A DNA stretch of 64,000 bases from Callorhinchus milii. Lineage: Eukaryota. Numbering within the stretch: position 1 is the first letter of the stretch; each line of letters begins with the position of its first letter. This document shows positions 39,871 to 52,560 of this stretch, in pieces. The notes below the pieces were generated by a model. The model made no database searches and was not told where the DNA came from. It saw nothing but the letters and a program-made list of their open reading frames with translations. The DNA is taken from the NCBI RefSeq assembly GCF_018977255.1, contig NW_024704742.1, positions 95,234,001 to 95,298,000 on the forward strand. Direction: 5' to 3'. The position numbers and the translations under genes are program-made.

Positions 39871-41430
39871 AGTGAATATATTATCATCTTGGCTGCACTG
39901 TGATGGAAGCAAAGGATGTTTCTGCTGGATTCCTTTGATGTGTCTTCTTACAGTAGGTCTGGGAGCATTTGTCAGTCTTGTGTGTACTGAGGAGGGAAGG
40001 GCATGCCATACCTACAATACCATTTCTGTTTCAGTGTGTATTTTACCATTTACCTAATGTAACAATTCCAGCGTGATAACTGAAGACCAGTATCTTTGCA
40101 TTCCCACGTATCTTCGACCCAGCATAGCACGTCATACGTAGCACATCCCAACCGAGGCATTATTCAAAGAGATTGAAATCATTTTAGGGCATTATTTAAT
40201 TTTAATACAGTGAGTACTGAAGTCAGCTCAGTGAGCGGTTCTCTTTGTGAGCCAGAGTATTTTGAAATGTGAGCTGTGTTACTATTGTGTGAAAAGCTCT
40301 TCTGATTGATCCACTTATTGTTGAATTCTCATCACAGCCTTTATTACTTCAAAGTGCAAGGAAATGTCTGACTTCTGGATAGTTAGTTCATCAATGATGT
40401 CGCTGACGACATTTCCTGCACATTGAGCCATGGCAACTCGGTGACGCTAGAAGTCAGACGCATTTTAGCACAGGTAACCAGTCAGCACTGGAAGCCGGAT
40501 GTAACACCCTTCCAGTGTAGTGTAAGTCCTCAGTAGCTTTGTCTCCTAACCTGGATCACCAAGGAGCTGAACACTGAGACTAACATATTTGATTCAACAT
40601 AGTCATTCTCTTTTAAAAGCCAATCCTTTTGTGCTCTTTAAACAGCAACAAATTGCATTTTTGCATTTTTTGTTGTTAAAGTACATTTATGGCAGAAATA
40701 GTGTTAAATGTTGATCTGTTTGATGTGATGTTTATTGAACTCCACCTGTTCTTCTTTTATCCCCTTTCTCTTCCCCATCAGCGCCCCATGACAAGCCAGC
40801 TGATACTGCTGGCTGGATTCCACATGAAGAATGGGCACTTTGATTAATTTACACCTTCAGGAGAGAAGGGAAGAAAACTAAATTATGAGTTTCACACATG
40901 TATCCCACTTAAACATGAACATTTCCCTGTGTCTGGAATGGAATGTGCACACTATCGGAGAAACGTAACCTAATGCAGGATAGTATCAGGTGCAGGTTGG
41001 TAGGAGCCAAGGCTTTGGGACCCCAGAGTATACGTTGGGGTACTGCTGGAGTTTAACCTGCTAAAACCGCACAACTTGCCATTGAGAGCATTAACTGACT
41101 GGGATCACCCTGCCCGTTAGGGTTTTGGTTTACAGGGATACCAGGAGCTGAGTGGGAAGATTTCCTGGTCTATTCCTTAAAGTCCTGCTCTGGCATATCT
41201 GTTATCAGCAATGCCCTGGAGTACTGCGGACCTGCCTGATATAGGAACCAGATTATGAGCTTGCCAAGGATGGTTGTCTCGAAAAATGTTTAGTGAATCC
41301 TTTTGAATTTGAATGAAGATCAGAATACCTCTAGGAGCAACTTCTGAACGTTCATAACACTTGGTGTTATTCCAATATACTGTAGTATTATTTCTCTTAA
41401 TGTAATAATTTTATTTGTTTTACATTATAG

Positions 41431-41501
41431 TGAAGGATAAAGCAGACATACTGCTGCAAGTCGATGACTTAATAAGCATCAAGAATGAACTAACTTTACA
41501 G
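41431..41501 (+). CDS. GKAP1: GKAP1 coding exon 9
   Basis: tatag|..|gtaaga; (M)KDKADILLQVDDLISIKNELTLQ. Confidence 0.94.
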
Positions 41502-42423
41502 GTAAGAGGAAATGGTCGCAGTTTCCGCAACCAGAAACTTATTTTACATTTCAGTCTTTACCAAACTATGATACTTGAAAGTCGTACTCTTACCTCGCAT
41601 TAATCAACCACTTGTTGAAGTTGAAAGGACAATAAAATGTGTTCCTCAATTGCACAGCTATTATGTATTCTGAGGAAGGGAGGATCAGTTAAACTATACA
41701 ATGGTAATCTGGCGCTGGAAAGAATTTCTTTAGCCGAATGGTCATTTATCATGTTTCTACTCCGCCACCTCTTTACACTTTGCCATTCAACAACCAGACG
41801 ATCTTCCCTCACACTTCTTCCAAGGTTGCTCTGTAATTGGTTATCTCTGAAAGTGCTATCCCTTACATATTTTGTTAGTAAACATGATATAGTATCCTGA
41901 ATAAGCTTGGTCCCCCCCCTTTTTTGTTAAAAAAGAGGAGGGCCTGTTTTTCAGATGGAAAATTGTGCTGCCGATTAGCAAAATACTAGCTGAAGGAACT
42001 GAGGCCGCAATCCCAGTCTGTTGGTGGGTGGGGCTGCAAGTTAAGGCAAGATTTTCACTGACCAAGTGACCAGTTGCAGAGTGACATCAGACCTGTAAAA
42101 TGAGTACTTTGCCTTCTGTCTTGTTTGAGTAGGATTTTATAACGGGGGCTGCTTGAAACCAAAAGTCAGCTTTTCAAAGGACATTAATTATGCAGTGGAC
42201 TTTTCTGTGCTGCAAATGTTCTATAATCTATGGAAAGCAAGTAAGAAAAACACTACAGATATAGGAGATTGTATGGAACGAATAGAGGAGGTCAGTATAA
42301 TTGGGCTATCAGGGTTCACCTCCACATTTTGTAAGTGTATATTATCTAGATGTTTCAGGGAATCAGCACATTCACAATGTAGTTATTGTATGTCCTGAAT
42401 AGTCTTGATTCTCTTCTCTCTAG

Positions 42424-42501
42424 GTTACAGGTCTGCACGCAGCCCTGGAACAAGAAAAATCTAAAGTAAAACAACTGCAAGCAGAATTAACAAAATATCA
42501 G
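42424..42501 (+). CDS. GKAP1: GKAP1 coding exon 10
   Basis: tctag|..|gtaaat; VTGLHAALEQEKSKVKQLQAELTKYQ. Confidence 0.94.
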
Positions 42502-43756
42502 GTAAATCATTTTGCCTTTTTAGGCATTTCAGACTAGTAGAACAGGTGACCTTTTAAATTTAGCAGCATGAATATTTGGTCATTTTATAGATCTAGGCGA
42601 CTATGAGATTCCGTTTTTTGAGGTTTTTCCCTGATCGACATTGTAGGATGAAGTGGATGCATCAGCAAGCTGCTAGGTCAAGTGTTTTTCCACTTCCCCA
42701 TTGATTACCTGGTGCTTTACTTATTTGTCAAACATGCAGACTGTGAGATATCCAAACAAGTTATTTTATTTTTCTCTCTCGTTACTGAGTAACGAGAGAG
42801 AAAAATAATAGGAGTGAGATATTTCAAACAATTCCCCATCTTCAGTTAGTAGCCTATGTTGGGAGATTGTGAGAGAGGCAAAGAAAGGGAAAAACTGCAG
42901 AGGGCAACAAGAAGCAGAAAAGGGATAAAGAGAAACCAAAACTCAAAAGGAGACAGCAGGAGAAAAGTGCGGAAATAACCAATAAAAACAAGCCTCTTTA
43001 ATTGCCTAATTGGGAGAAATCTTTACCTTTAGGAAAGTGAAAAGCATTTGTACCACAAGATGGAAGCACTTACACTAGTTTCAAGCCACCAGAGGAGGCC
43101 CTGAGTGAAGGCTTTATCTTAGCAAAATAACATGAAAATACTGTATTGCAAAGAATTATTACATAAATAACAGATTCAGAGAAGAGGGATATGAACATTT
43201 TTGAGACTTGAGGCTCTATAGGTTTTACAGATGTTTGTTGGACAAGAGAAGATGAGACGGATGTGATCCAAGTTGTTATTCTGAGAGGCAGATGATATAG
43301 ATGTCAGCAAATTATGTGACTCAGCACCTGACAGCAAACAACACAGAACAGATTTTCTTTTTCTTCGAAAACCATTTTGTCTTCTGTTCAGGGCAGGTCC
43401 TACTGGTACTGGCTCTTAGGCATTTGAACAAGTGATTGTTATTCACCTGTCTGTGAGTTTCAGCAGGACAGGCTAACGGACAATGAGATCAGTCCACCTA
43501 TCTAAACCTTCCAGAAGGTGGATAATGAACTAGTCTTGATTTTTTTCCCCTCCCTATTTTAGGGGCACTGAGGCCAAATGTGTCCAACCGAGATGAGGTA
43601 ACAGCACAGACAAAGGGTTGAAATGGGGGGGACTTCCCCATTGTGTATGAATCACTGAACAACTGTTGAGCCACCAGCAGTTCTAGTTAATCCAGTCCTC
43701 TGAATTAGCACATGTTGGGTTGCACGTAGTTGCTGATGCGTTCCTGTTTGTAACTA

Positions 43757-44157
43757 CAGTGGAACCCTGATTAGTTCACATATTAGAGAAGACACCTTAC
43801 CTTCACCCTCCCCCCACTCCTGATATTCAAAATCACTACATAATTAGGATCTCTATTTCAAGATTAAATCTGTTAATTCCTCTCTGAAAGATGAGTTTCA
43901 AACCTGCATTATGCCCATTTACATACCAATCTGCACCTCTGAGGAGCTGAGTGAAGATGATCCTTGGATAAATTGGTAGAGTCAGGGTGGTGAGCAGATT
44001 ATATGTAGATTATTACATAGGAACAGGAGGAGGTCATTCAGCCCTTCAAGCCTGTTCCGCCATTTAATTAGATCATGGCTGATCTGTATCTCAACTAATT
44101 CTTTCAATTCCAATTTCAGCATGTTTCTAACTATGGTGGATAACTAAGGTTCCACTA
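43757..44157. mobile_element. Tigger/pogo-like MITE remnant
   Basis: ta|cagtggaacc ... ggttccacta|ta: terminal inverted repeats with TA target duplication. Confidence 0.55.
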
Positions 44158-44814
44158 TACCTTGTTTTTCCATCCCTGGTTGAGATAGGTGGTATGATCA
44201 CCTATCTAAACCATTTTACCCTGGATTTGAAAATACAATAGAACCTCATTGTAACATGCTTTGTTATAACAGGGGTACACTTATAATGGATTGGGTTATT
44301 GATCCTGATATTACTCAGAAAATCCAAAATGCATTCACTGGCATTTCAAAGGCTAAGTGACTGCTCAGATGGATGGATTCACTACACATGCACATAGCCA
44401 GCCGAGCTGCTTCCTGTGCACTGGGCAGCTCTCATGCGAAACAAAAAATGACTTCCAGGTCACAAGATCTCCAACAATATCACTTCCTGTGTGCTGCGCG
44501 GGGACATTCAGTTAATGATGTCAGTGGTGACCTAATGAACCACAGAAAGTAATGCTGGTGGCAAATTAATGACCCATAAATTGGTCAGTTTTAGTGTGGC
44601 AAGCCAGCTGGGTGGCTGCACGCTTGTACAGTGATGGGGTGTTTGTGCTATAAAAAACAGTGCTAGAACGAAGGGCATTATAACGGACGGAGCTTCACTT
44701 TTATTTCTTTGAGATCATTTGTAGCAAAAAGGAATCCAGACTGAATTGTTAACATTATGAATGTATTGAATAAATTTAATTGATTTTTGTTTATATTTCT
44801 TTTGGAACCTGCAG

Positions 44815-44856
44815 GGAGGCAAGAAAGGAAAGAAAATGTCAGAATCTGATCATTGA
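44815..44856 (+). CDS. GKAP1: GKAP1 terminal coding exon
   Basis: tgcag|GGKKGKKMSESDH*; resembles the vertebrate GKAP1 C-terminus. Confidence 0.9.
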   Translation, partial: GGKKGKKMSESDH

Positions 44857-46019
44857 AGATAAAAATGGTGTACGTAGGTACATACTGTGAAGCCCAGGGC
44901 AAAAAAAAACACTTTCTTCAGGGTGCCATCAATGGATATGTCTAGTTAATGTATAGCTGTTGGATTATGCAGTTGGTTTGATTTGGAGTTTAGCTTTCTC
45001 AAACACTCCACCACACCTCTTCCTTCTGAGGGTGGTGGGGAGGGGAAAGGGCTGTGAAATTGTACTCTCATGATAAACTGAAGAGATTTCCTTGTGCTGA
45101 CAACTCGATGACATCTTAGGTCAATTAACCTTTCCGGCTTCTCTTTCTGTGCCGGAGAGGTTTGAAGGAATGAATGAAAATTTCTGCTCTTCAGTTATTT
45201 TGTTTTGAGACCGATAATACTGAATCAGAATAGCCTGCTAATGAAGAAGCAAATTTTTCCGCACAAGTCTGCTTAATTTGGCCTGCCAGGTGTCACGTGT
45301 GACAAAGCAATAAGGTACTGGAAAAAAAGAGGAATGGTTTGAGTAAAATATTTTGTGTTGCTGTTCATTTACCTTGTTAGAGCTGGGTTTGAAGCTGCCC
45401 TGCACCAGAATGGTGGGGTGGGGTGACATAATCCTTGGGAAAATATGTTTGGATAGTCATTTTCCTATTGGAAGTGAATCTACAACGCAAAAGCTATCCT
45501 TGGATATTGAACTGATTTGACAATGTCACTCTGAGCCCGTGAATTTAAAGTGCAAAGGGAAGGAATTAAGTTATGCTTATTCAGTCCAAGAGTGATGTTA
45601 AGAAATATTTTCAGGAGAATCTGTGCACATTAAATGTGGGTTAGGAACAAAGTGGAAAAGTGTTGATTTACTCTCATTCCTTTACCTTGTGTATGATTTG
45701 AGCACACCTGCAGGGGAAGTAGCTTGTAAGGAACTAGGGTGTTATTTTTGTAACACAAGATTCCCATTTCGGCGAGCACTGTTAAAACGCCAAACTTTCA
45801 TATTTTCCTTGAATTACAATAAAATTCAGTTCAACTGGGATATTTCCCCACATTATATGTATGTGTCCTTCTTTCCCCCTTAATATTGGGTATCTGCTTT
45901 TCGCAAACTTTAAAAGGAATATATATTCATTATGTTGGCTGTACTCAAGGTGATCTTCAGCACTTTGATTGTACTTCACATCATGTGGCAACTACAGTGT
46001 TACTTGTCTCTTGAAATGT

Positions 46020-46392
46020 CAGCCCGACTCAGTTGGTAGCATGTGAACCTCTGAGGCAGAAGGTTGGGGTGGGGGTTCAAGTCCCATGAAGGGACACTGA
46101 ACTCCCATCTAGCATGACACTCCAATACAGTTTGTTGCATTGTCAGAGGTTCATCCTTTGAATGTGATGTTAAACACATATCACAATTGCCTGCCAGACT
46201 TTAAACATTGGCCTTGGCCTTGCCAACAATCTCCCAAATAAAATTGATCAGACTTCATGTGCACATTTTTGTGTGCAAATTGGCTGTTGTGTTCATCAAC
46301 AAATAGTCACAACACTCTACAGTAAATGCAGTTAATTGCTTTGAAACATTTTGATGATGTGGTAAGGTACTTATCAAATGCAAGGATTCTTA
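46020..46392 (+). mobile_element. Older Deu-domain-like SINE
   Basis: Similar to 39455-39870. Confidence 0.55.
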
Positions 46393-46765
46393 TAAAGTAC
46401 TCTGTATAGACTTTTTTTAAATTTGGATTTTAAATTTACATGACAATCAAGTTTAAATTTGATTCCTGTGTCCATTGTTAAAATATCAAATGTTACTATT
46501 TCGCACAAATTCCAATAAATTTCAGTACATGATTTTAAATTCTCAACATTCACGGTTGCATCTTTTGATGAAATTATTGTGTTCTGCACATTAATGTTCA
46601 GTTTGCTGGCGTAATCCATATTCCCATTGAATGAGAAAGTGTTTGAATGCCCTCAACCTTATATAAAGGATTGCATAAACATGAAACAACATCGTACAAA
46701 GGTATAAAATGAACAATTTTATTTACAAATATTTACAACACACCTTAATACTTCTAATGAGTGTC

Positions 46766-48045
46766 TTACATTTTACCCTTTCTTGTCCTCTTACTCTTGG
46801 TCATGCGTGTGCTCAATGGCCTCAATGTTGCAGGATGTTTTCTTTTACCTCTGTGTGACCCTACTCCTGCAGTGCTGAAACTCGCTAGTGTAGAAAAAAG
46901 TGGCTGTGTGGTGGTTGACAGCTCAGAATCAAAGTTGCCTGAAGCTTCAACAGAATCTGTGAGCTCTAAACCACTTGGTTGTATGTCCAAAAGCAGATCC
47001 CTGTGTGATTGTTGGCATTCTGTGGTTGTTAAATTAGGGGTTGAGGGATCGTTGGCAGGTGTGTTTGTATTGAAACTCCCTTCGGTTTGTGGGCCCAATG
47101 ACCCAAGGTTTCGGACAACCTCCTGGTACCTCTGCTCAGCTATCTGCTTGAGGATGGACTTCTGTGTTTCAGCTATCTGGAGGAAGCCAGCTGCCATCGA
47201 TCTATTCATCTGCTCGCTCAATGTGGCAAAGGCACTAGCTATGGCCTGGGAGATGCCAGTATTCATGGTTGCAGCTGCTAATGCAGTGGCACCATGTATA
47301 GCCTCCACCACAAGCTGTGTGTCCACACCAGCTGATTGTTGTTCTGCACAAGTCTCAGAGTTCATTCTTTGCTCGACATTCCTGCAGACACATCTCATCT
47401 CACGACGCAGAAGTCTTATTGCCTTCACAAGGTCCTGCCTTAACTGTCTTATGGTGTCTGGAAGCTGCTCTGCACATTGCTGCACAGGAGCCAGACCACT
47501 ACGTATAGTTGAACTCATGTCTGTCAGCAACTGAATGGTGTCATCTCCCTGCCTTAACATTTGCCTACGAAATAGGGGACCTATACCCCTCTCATCCACA
47601 GCCCTGCCAGACAGGGATCTTAGATGCACCCGGCTCATTTGTGGTTGTCTCATTGGTGGGCCTGTGTAGATTTGGGAGACTCCATCCTCCAAATCTTCAT
47701 CATCTGAGATTATCTTCACTTGTATCTCCTCACCTTCATCACCTTCCTCACATTTGACAGTAATTAATTGTGAAGCACTTTGAGTTGATTCATCCCGATA
47801 AGCCGATGTAAAAACACTGGCTTTTTCTTTCTGTCTGTCCAACTCCTGCCCCTCACTTGAGTGCTGTGCTACCAACATGTCTCCTACATTACCCAAAGTG
47901 CCAATAGCTGAGCTGGAATGTGCAAGTGATAATGCTGGTTGCGATATTTCACTTGGATCAGAGATTGATGAAGGGCTGTTTCCTTCTTCTAGGACATCAT
48001 CCCCTCCAGATATGACTCCGTGCTGGGGTGAAATGAATTGTAAGT
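46766..48045 (-). CDS. Myb/SANT-like gene terminal coding exon 3
   Basis: tttgtttaccag acceptor, phase 1, in frame with the 376-aa ORF; 1280 nt open; minus-strand AATAAA at 46718-46723. Confidence 0.8.
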
Positions 48046-48159
48046 CTGGTAAACAAATAAAGGGACCAAATCAGCACAAGGACCTTAAATCACACCTATT
48101 TTCCATTCTTAAAAATAAAAAAACTCCTAATCTGGGATTTAAATACTAAAAACTGGGAT

Positions 48160-50550
48160 TATGAATTTGGACAAACATGAGGTAATTGATTCAACATAGA
48201 TTTCTGAAAGTTAGGTAATGCTTAACACAGTATTTTTGAAATTAAGTGTGGTTTATGTGGATTTTGACATAGCATTTGACAAGAGACATATTGCAAAGAT
48301 TATGTCACATAATAGTAGGTATGAAGGCGAATATACCCACATGGATAGAGATGGTTGGAGGGCAGAAAGCAAAGTCTGCAAAAAGGAAAATTCTTGTTCA
48401 CAGGGAACATGTAGTCAATCGTGTTGCACAATGTTCTGCGCTGATTATTTACTATATATATAAATGATCTGGACTTAGGAATTGAAGTAACAATATTAAA
48501 ACTATGCTTCCCCCAAACTGGTGCTAATGATACAAATTGCGGGGAGGGGAGACATGGCAAATTATGCCAAAGTTTGTGGAAGACTGAATCTGCCATAGAA
48601 AAGCTAGAGAATGGACAAATAGGTGAAGCATTTTAATATATTTTAATGCACAATTGGCTGCTGCGTTTCGCCCACTTTACAGTATATTCTGTGAAGCACT
48701 ATGAGACATCTCGACGACGTGATAAGACCCTATATCAAATGCAAGGATTATTATTATTTTAGTACAAAGAGTAAGGAAAGTAAATATACCTTAAACAATA
48801 AGTTTTTTGAGTTAGAGATACAGCTACTTTGGTGTGTTGGTAAAAAGCTCATGAACAGTCACAGCACAGCTAGATAGATAAGGTCAAAAAATGGCAAAGA
48901 GAATATTTTTTATATCTAAAGGCATAAATGCAACATCAACTTGCATTTAAAAATTGCCCTTCACACAGGATAGCATCTCGGAGAGCTGCATCATGGTGGG
49001 TATCAATGCCAGAGGGGAGGGAACCATAGGGACAGTCAAAGAGGTAGGTCTTCAAAAGTAAGGAGGTAATATATAATAATCCTTGCATTTAATATAGTGC
49101 CTTATCACATCTTCAAGACGTCTCAAAGCGCTTCACAAAATATAGTGTAAAGACTCTATATTTTGTGGGCAAAACGTGACAGCCAATTGCGCACAGCAGT
49201 GTCCCAAGAACAGTCATGGTTTCAGTGACAATTTTTGTTTAAATGAATTATTACCCCCAGAAAAGTAATCCACCAATGGACTAATGATGGGTTTCTACTT
49301 ACTGCTAGGTAAACAGAGGCGTGTGGAGTAAGGAACCATGCCCAACATTTCGCCCTGCTGTGAGCCGAACCCAGATTTCTCACTTGCGAGGCGAGTGCTC
49401 TAACAACTGAGCTACACGACCCCACAATATTGAACTTGTTCGAGACCTTTGTTAAGCCAGCAATAGTTGGATGCTGTACAAGATGTGTACAGTTTTAAGC
49501 ATGCTTTATAGTAAAGATACAAAAGAAATAAAACATGCCCATCTGTATTCACTAGATTTTTGCTAGGAATGATGGTTTTCAGTTGTGAAGAGTGACTTTA
49601 AAGTCTTCATCCTTTAAAGTCAAGAAGGCTAACACCCTAACTGCATTTCAGAATATAGTACTGTTGATTTTTATTAGGCAATAAGAACATAAGAATTTGC
49701 TAGGCAAAAGACCCAGGTCCATCCAGTTCTCCTTCTACCATCCTGGCAGTCACACACACATCATGTCCGAAACTATATATTGTATCCCGAGATATTATTT
49801 CCTAACAGAAATCTATCTAATTTGTTCTTGAAAGAATCAACACTTTCTGTTTCCACTGTCTCGCGAGGGAGCCTGTTCCATATGTTTGCTACTTGCTCAC
49901 TAAAGTAGTATTTCCGCAGATTTATTCTGAATTTACCCCCTTCAATCGCAGGCCGTGTCCTCTGGTTCTACTGATCAGTACAAGATAATACAGCTTACCA
50001 CGCCCTACATTACCTGGGCCCTTCAGAATCTTATCGAGTCCCTTAAGAATCTTTGAGAGAGCATATATTTAAAAGAATTACAGAAAGAATTAAGAGGGAG
50101 TTTAGAAAAAATGCTTTACATGGAGGATGATTAGAATGAAATTCTCTCACAAATCACAGCTGAAGCAGAGTCCATAAATTATTTAAAGAGAATACTAAAA
50201 GTTCATTCTAAAGAAAACGTTATTCTATTTAGAGAATACTAAATTCTCTAAATTCTCAGCGCCTTGGGACGTCCTCCTGACGTGAAAGGCGCTTTATAAA
50301 TGGAATCTTGTTGTTGTTGTTGTTGTTGTACTTAAGGATATTAATAATCATTATTCTTAGATTTGGTTTAGCACTTTCCTTGTCAGGAGGATGTCCCATA
50401 GCGCTGTTGTGAAGAGGGAAAAGAGTAATAAGGGTTAAGTGGTGCAAGCAGGAAAGTCAGATTAGATGGGTCACATGAGGAAAAACAGCAATGCAGGCTT
50501 GATGGGCTGAATGGCAATTTTCTGTGCTATAAAATCTATGATTCTATAGA
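48160..50550 (+). mobile_element. Highly decayed CR1 LINE split by later insertions
   Basis: VYVDFDIAFDK RT remnant at ~48250; CR1-like 3' end gatgggctgaatgg..ttctgtgct at ~50500. Confidence 0.6.
49073..49423 (-). mobile_element. Full-length tRNA-derived SINE, longer variant
   Basis: Same head and tail with an extra internal segment. Confidence 0.85.
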
Positions 50551-50633
50551 TTATCATATTGCTCATCTTGTAAACTTTTAGCGATTAAAATTTAACCAAA
50601 AACAAATTATCTTTACTTACAGGTACTACATAC

Positions 50634-50784
50634 CTCGTCGTTCAAAGTCCAATCCAATATTCCCTTCTTCTACTCTCATCGTTGGCTCAGGCCCAAATAT
50701 CTCCAAAACCCTCTCCTCATGTAGTGAAAGTTCCTTCTGGGTCGATGGACCAGCACTGGTCGCATTGTTATACGGCACTTTATT
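50634..50784 (-). CDS. Myb/SANT-like gene coding exon 2
   Basis: ttgcag|..|gtatgt; NKVPYNNATSAGPSTQKELSLHEERVLEIFG, like the post-Myb LTxxEERVL segment of Harbinger-type Myb proteins; phase 0-1. Confidence 0.82.
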
Positions 50785-50984
50785 CTGCAAGACAAGTGTG
50801 TGATAGGAATTAAGACGCTCGTGTCGATGCTTTGGTTCTCTGTTCATTCAGTGCCACCTGAGACCTGTGCCATGGTGTGCCGCCTACCCTCACGCTCACC
50901 CATTACACGGCAGTCTTCAGTGTGTACCTCAGCCTCTCGCGTTCCTGCTCTGCACATTTCTGTGTGATTGCCCGAGAAACTCAC

Positions 50985-51212
50985 CCTTGCGCTCTTCTTC
51001 AGGTCATGGACCTTCTTCCTGCACTCCTCCCAGGTCCTCTGGGTTCTCTCCACGCCATTGACCAGCGTGACTACCTCCTGCCACGCCCTCAGCCTTGCCT
51101 GGGTCTGGGCAGGGAACCCTCCGGGGGAGAAGAGGATCTGCTGCCTGACCGTCACAGCATCTATGAGGACACTCAGCCCCTTCTCTGAAAACTTGGACTT
51201 GCGCTGCAACAT
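50985..51212 (-). CDS. Myb/SANT-like DNA-binding protein (Harbinger-type, NAIF1/MSANTD-like), coding exon 1
   Basis: MLQRKSKFSEKGLSVLIDAV...ILF...AWQEVVTLVNGV..RTWEECRKKVHDLKKSAR fits the Myb_DNA-bind_5 pattern; 228 nt, donor agg|gtgagt; acceptor T-run-aag 6 nt before the ATG. Confidence 0.85.
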
Positions 51213-51399
51213 CTCAACCTTAAAAAAAAAAGACCTTTCCCCGCAAAACCCTCAGCTGCCTTCCTCCCCCGTTACATATTTCCTCATCTGTTTGGAGCCC
51301 AAGCGGACCCTCCCTCCCTCCCTCCCCCCCCCTTCACATGCTCATTTGGCTCCTTAAGCAATCAAACAACAGCACCATTTTGCGTTTGACTGAATTGCA

Positions 51400-52560
51400 C
51401 TCTCAATGCATTTGAAGGCTCAGCCCCGGGCGGAGGATTTCAGTGCATGTTTTTGTGTCTTGACATTGCTGAGCTCCTCGGGCACATGGGGAGAGGGAGA
51501 GGGCAGAGAGAGAGCAGAGAGCGGGAGCAGCTCAGAGCAGACAGACAACAATGCAGAGCCCACCACCACCATCGTACGCGCTGCGCCTGCGCAGCGCTCA
51601 GCCCCGCCCCTCCCCGGATCCCGTCAGCGAGCATGCGCAGTAGCCACCACCCACCCGCCACACTCCTCGATGCTCTGACGCGTACATCGGCCCCCTCCCC
51701 CCACTCTCTCTCTCAGTGAGCATGCGCAGTGAGCTGGGAGCGGCCTCGCCCTCTCTTCGGTGCGCGTGCGCGGCCGCCGGCCTCTCTTCGGGTGCGCTTG
51801 CGCGGCGGGCGGGCGGGTGAGCGAGAGAGAGAGAGAGAGAGAGCGGCGTTGGCGAGAGGCAAAGTTTGGCTTCTAGCAACTTCCCTCCTAATCTACGTCA
51901 TCCCTTTATCCGCCGCCTGCGTTTTTACACCGAAAAAAAAACGGGCGACAGAGAGAGACAGAGACAGAGAGGGGCGGAGGCGGAGCGCGCGAGCGAAACC
52001 GTCGACGGTAAAAAAAAAAATCAGTGCCTTTATCAAACGCCGATAAAGACAACCGATCGTTTTTTTTTATTGAACGCCGAACCGAGCGGGAGGGGCGTGT
52101 AAATAACCGGCAAAAAGGGTGACCATTTTGTATTACAAACAGATCGCTCGTGGGTGGGCACCGGCGGCTGCGCGGATTACCCACACAGTGCGGCGGGGCG
52201 ATGAGGAAGCTCTGACCGACCGACCGACCGACCGAGTGACCGACTGACGAGTGACACGAGAGCGAGGAGGGACGGCCTGTGCGAGCGAGGCCGCCCCAGC
52301 CCAGGCCCCACTGCCAGCCCAGGGCAGCACACACCAGCACAGGCTCCGCCCCGCCCCGGCCCGGCCCGGCCCGGCAGCACCGAGAGCGGCCGAGTCGGTC
52401 GGTCAGCGACAGGGAGTGAGGGAGGGGAGTGACTGACTGACTGACTGACTGACTGGGAGCGGCGATGGCGGAGAGCGCGGCCACCAGAACCATCCGGGTC
52501 ACCGTCAAGACGCCGAAGGACAAAGAGGAGTTCGAGCTCGGACCCGAGAGTAACATCAGG
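51400..52560. promoter_or_regulatory. CpG island / bidirectional promoter between the Myb/SANT gene and UBQLN1
   Basis: CpG dense; GC boxes; NRF1-like GCATGCGCA at ~51631 and ~51720; divergent ATGs at 51212 and 52465. Confidence 0.75.

Noticed and set aside
46761..47534. 257-aa plus-strand ORF
   Set aside because: Antisense shadow of the Myb gene exon 3; no recognisable motif
44900..51400. Autonomous Harbinger transposon around the Myb gene
   Set aside because: No DDE transposase ORF and no convincing TIR or TSD seen by eye
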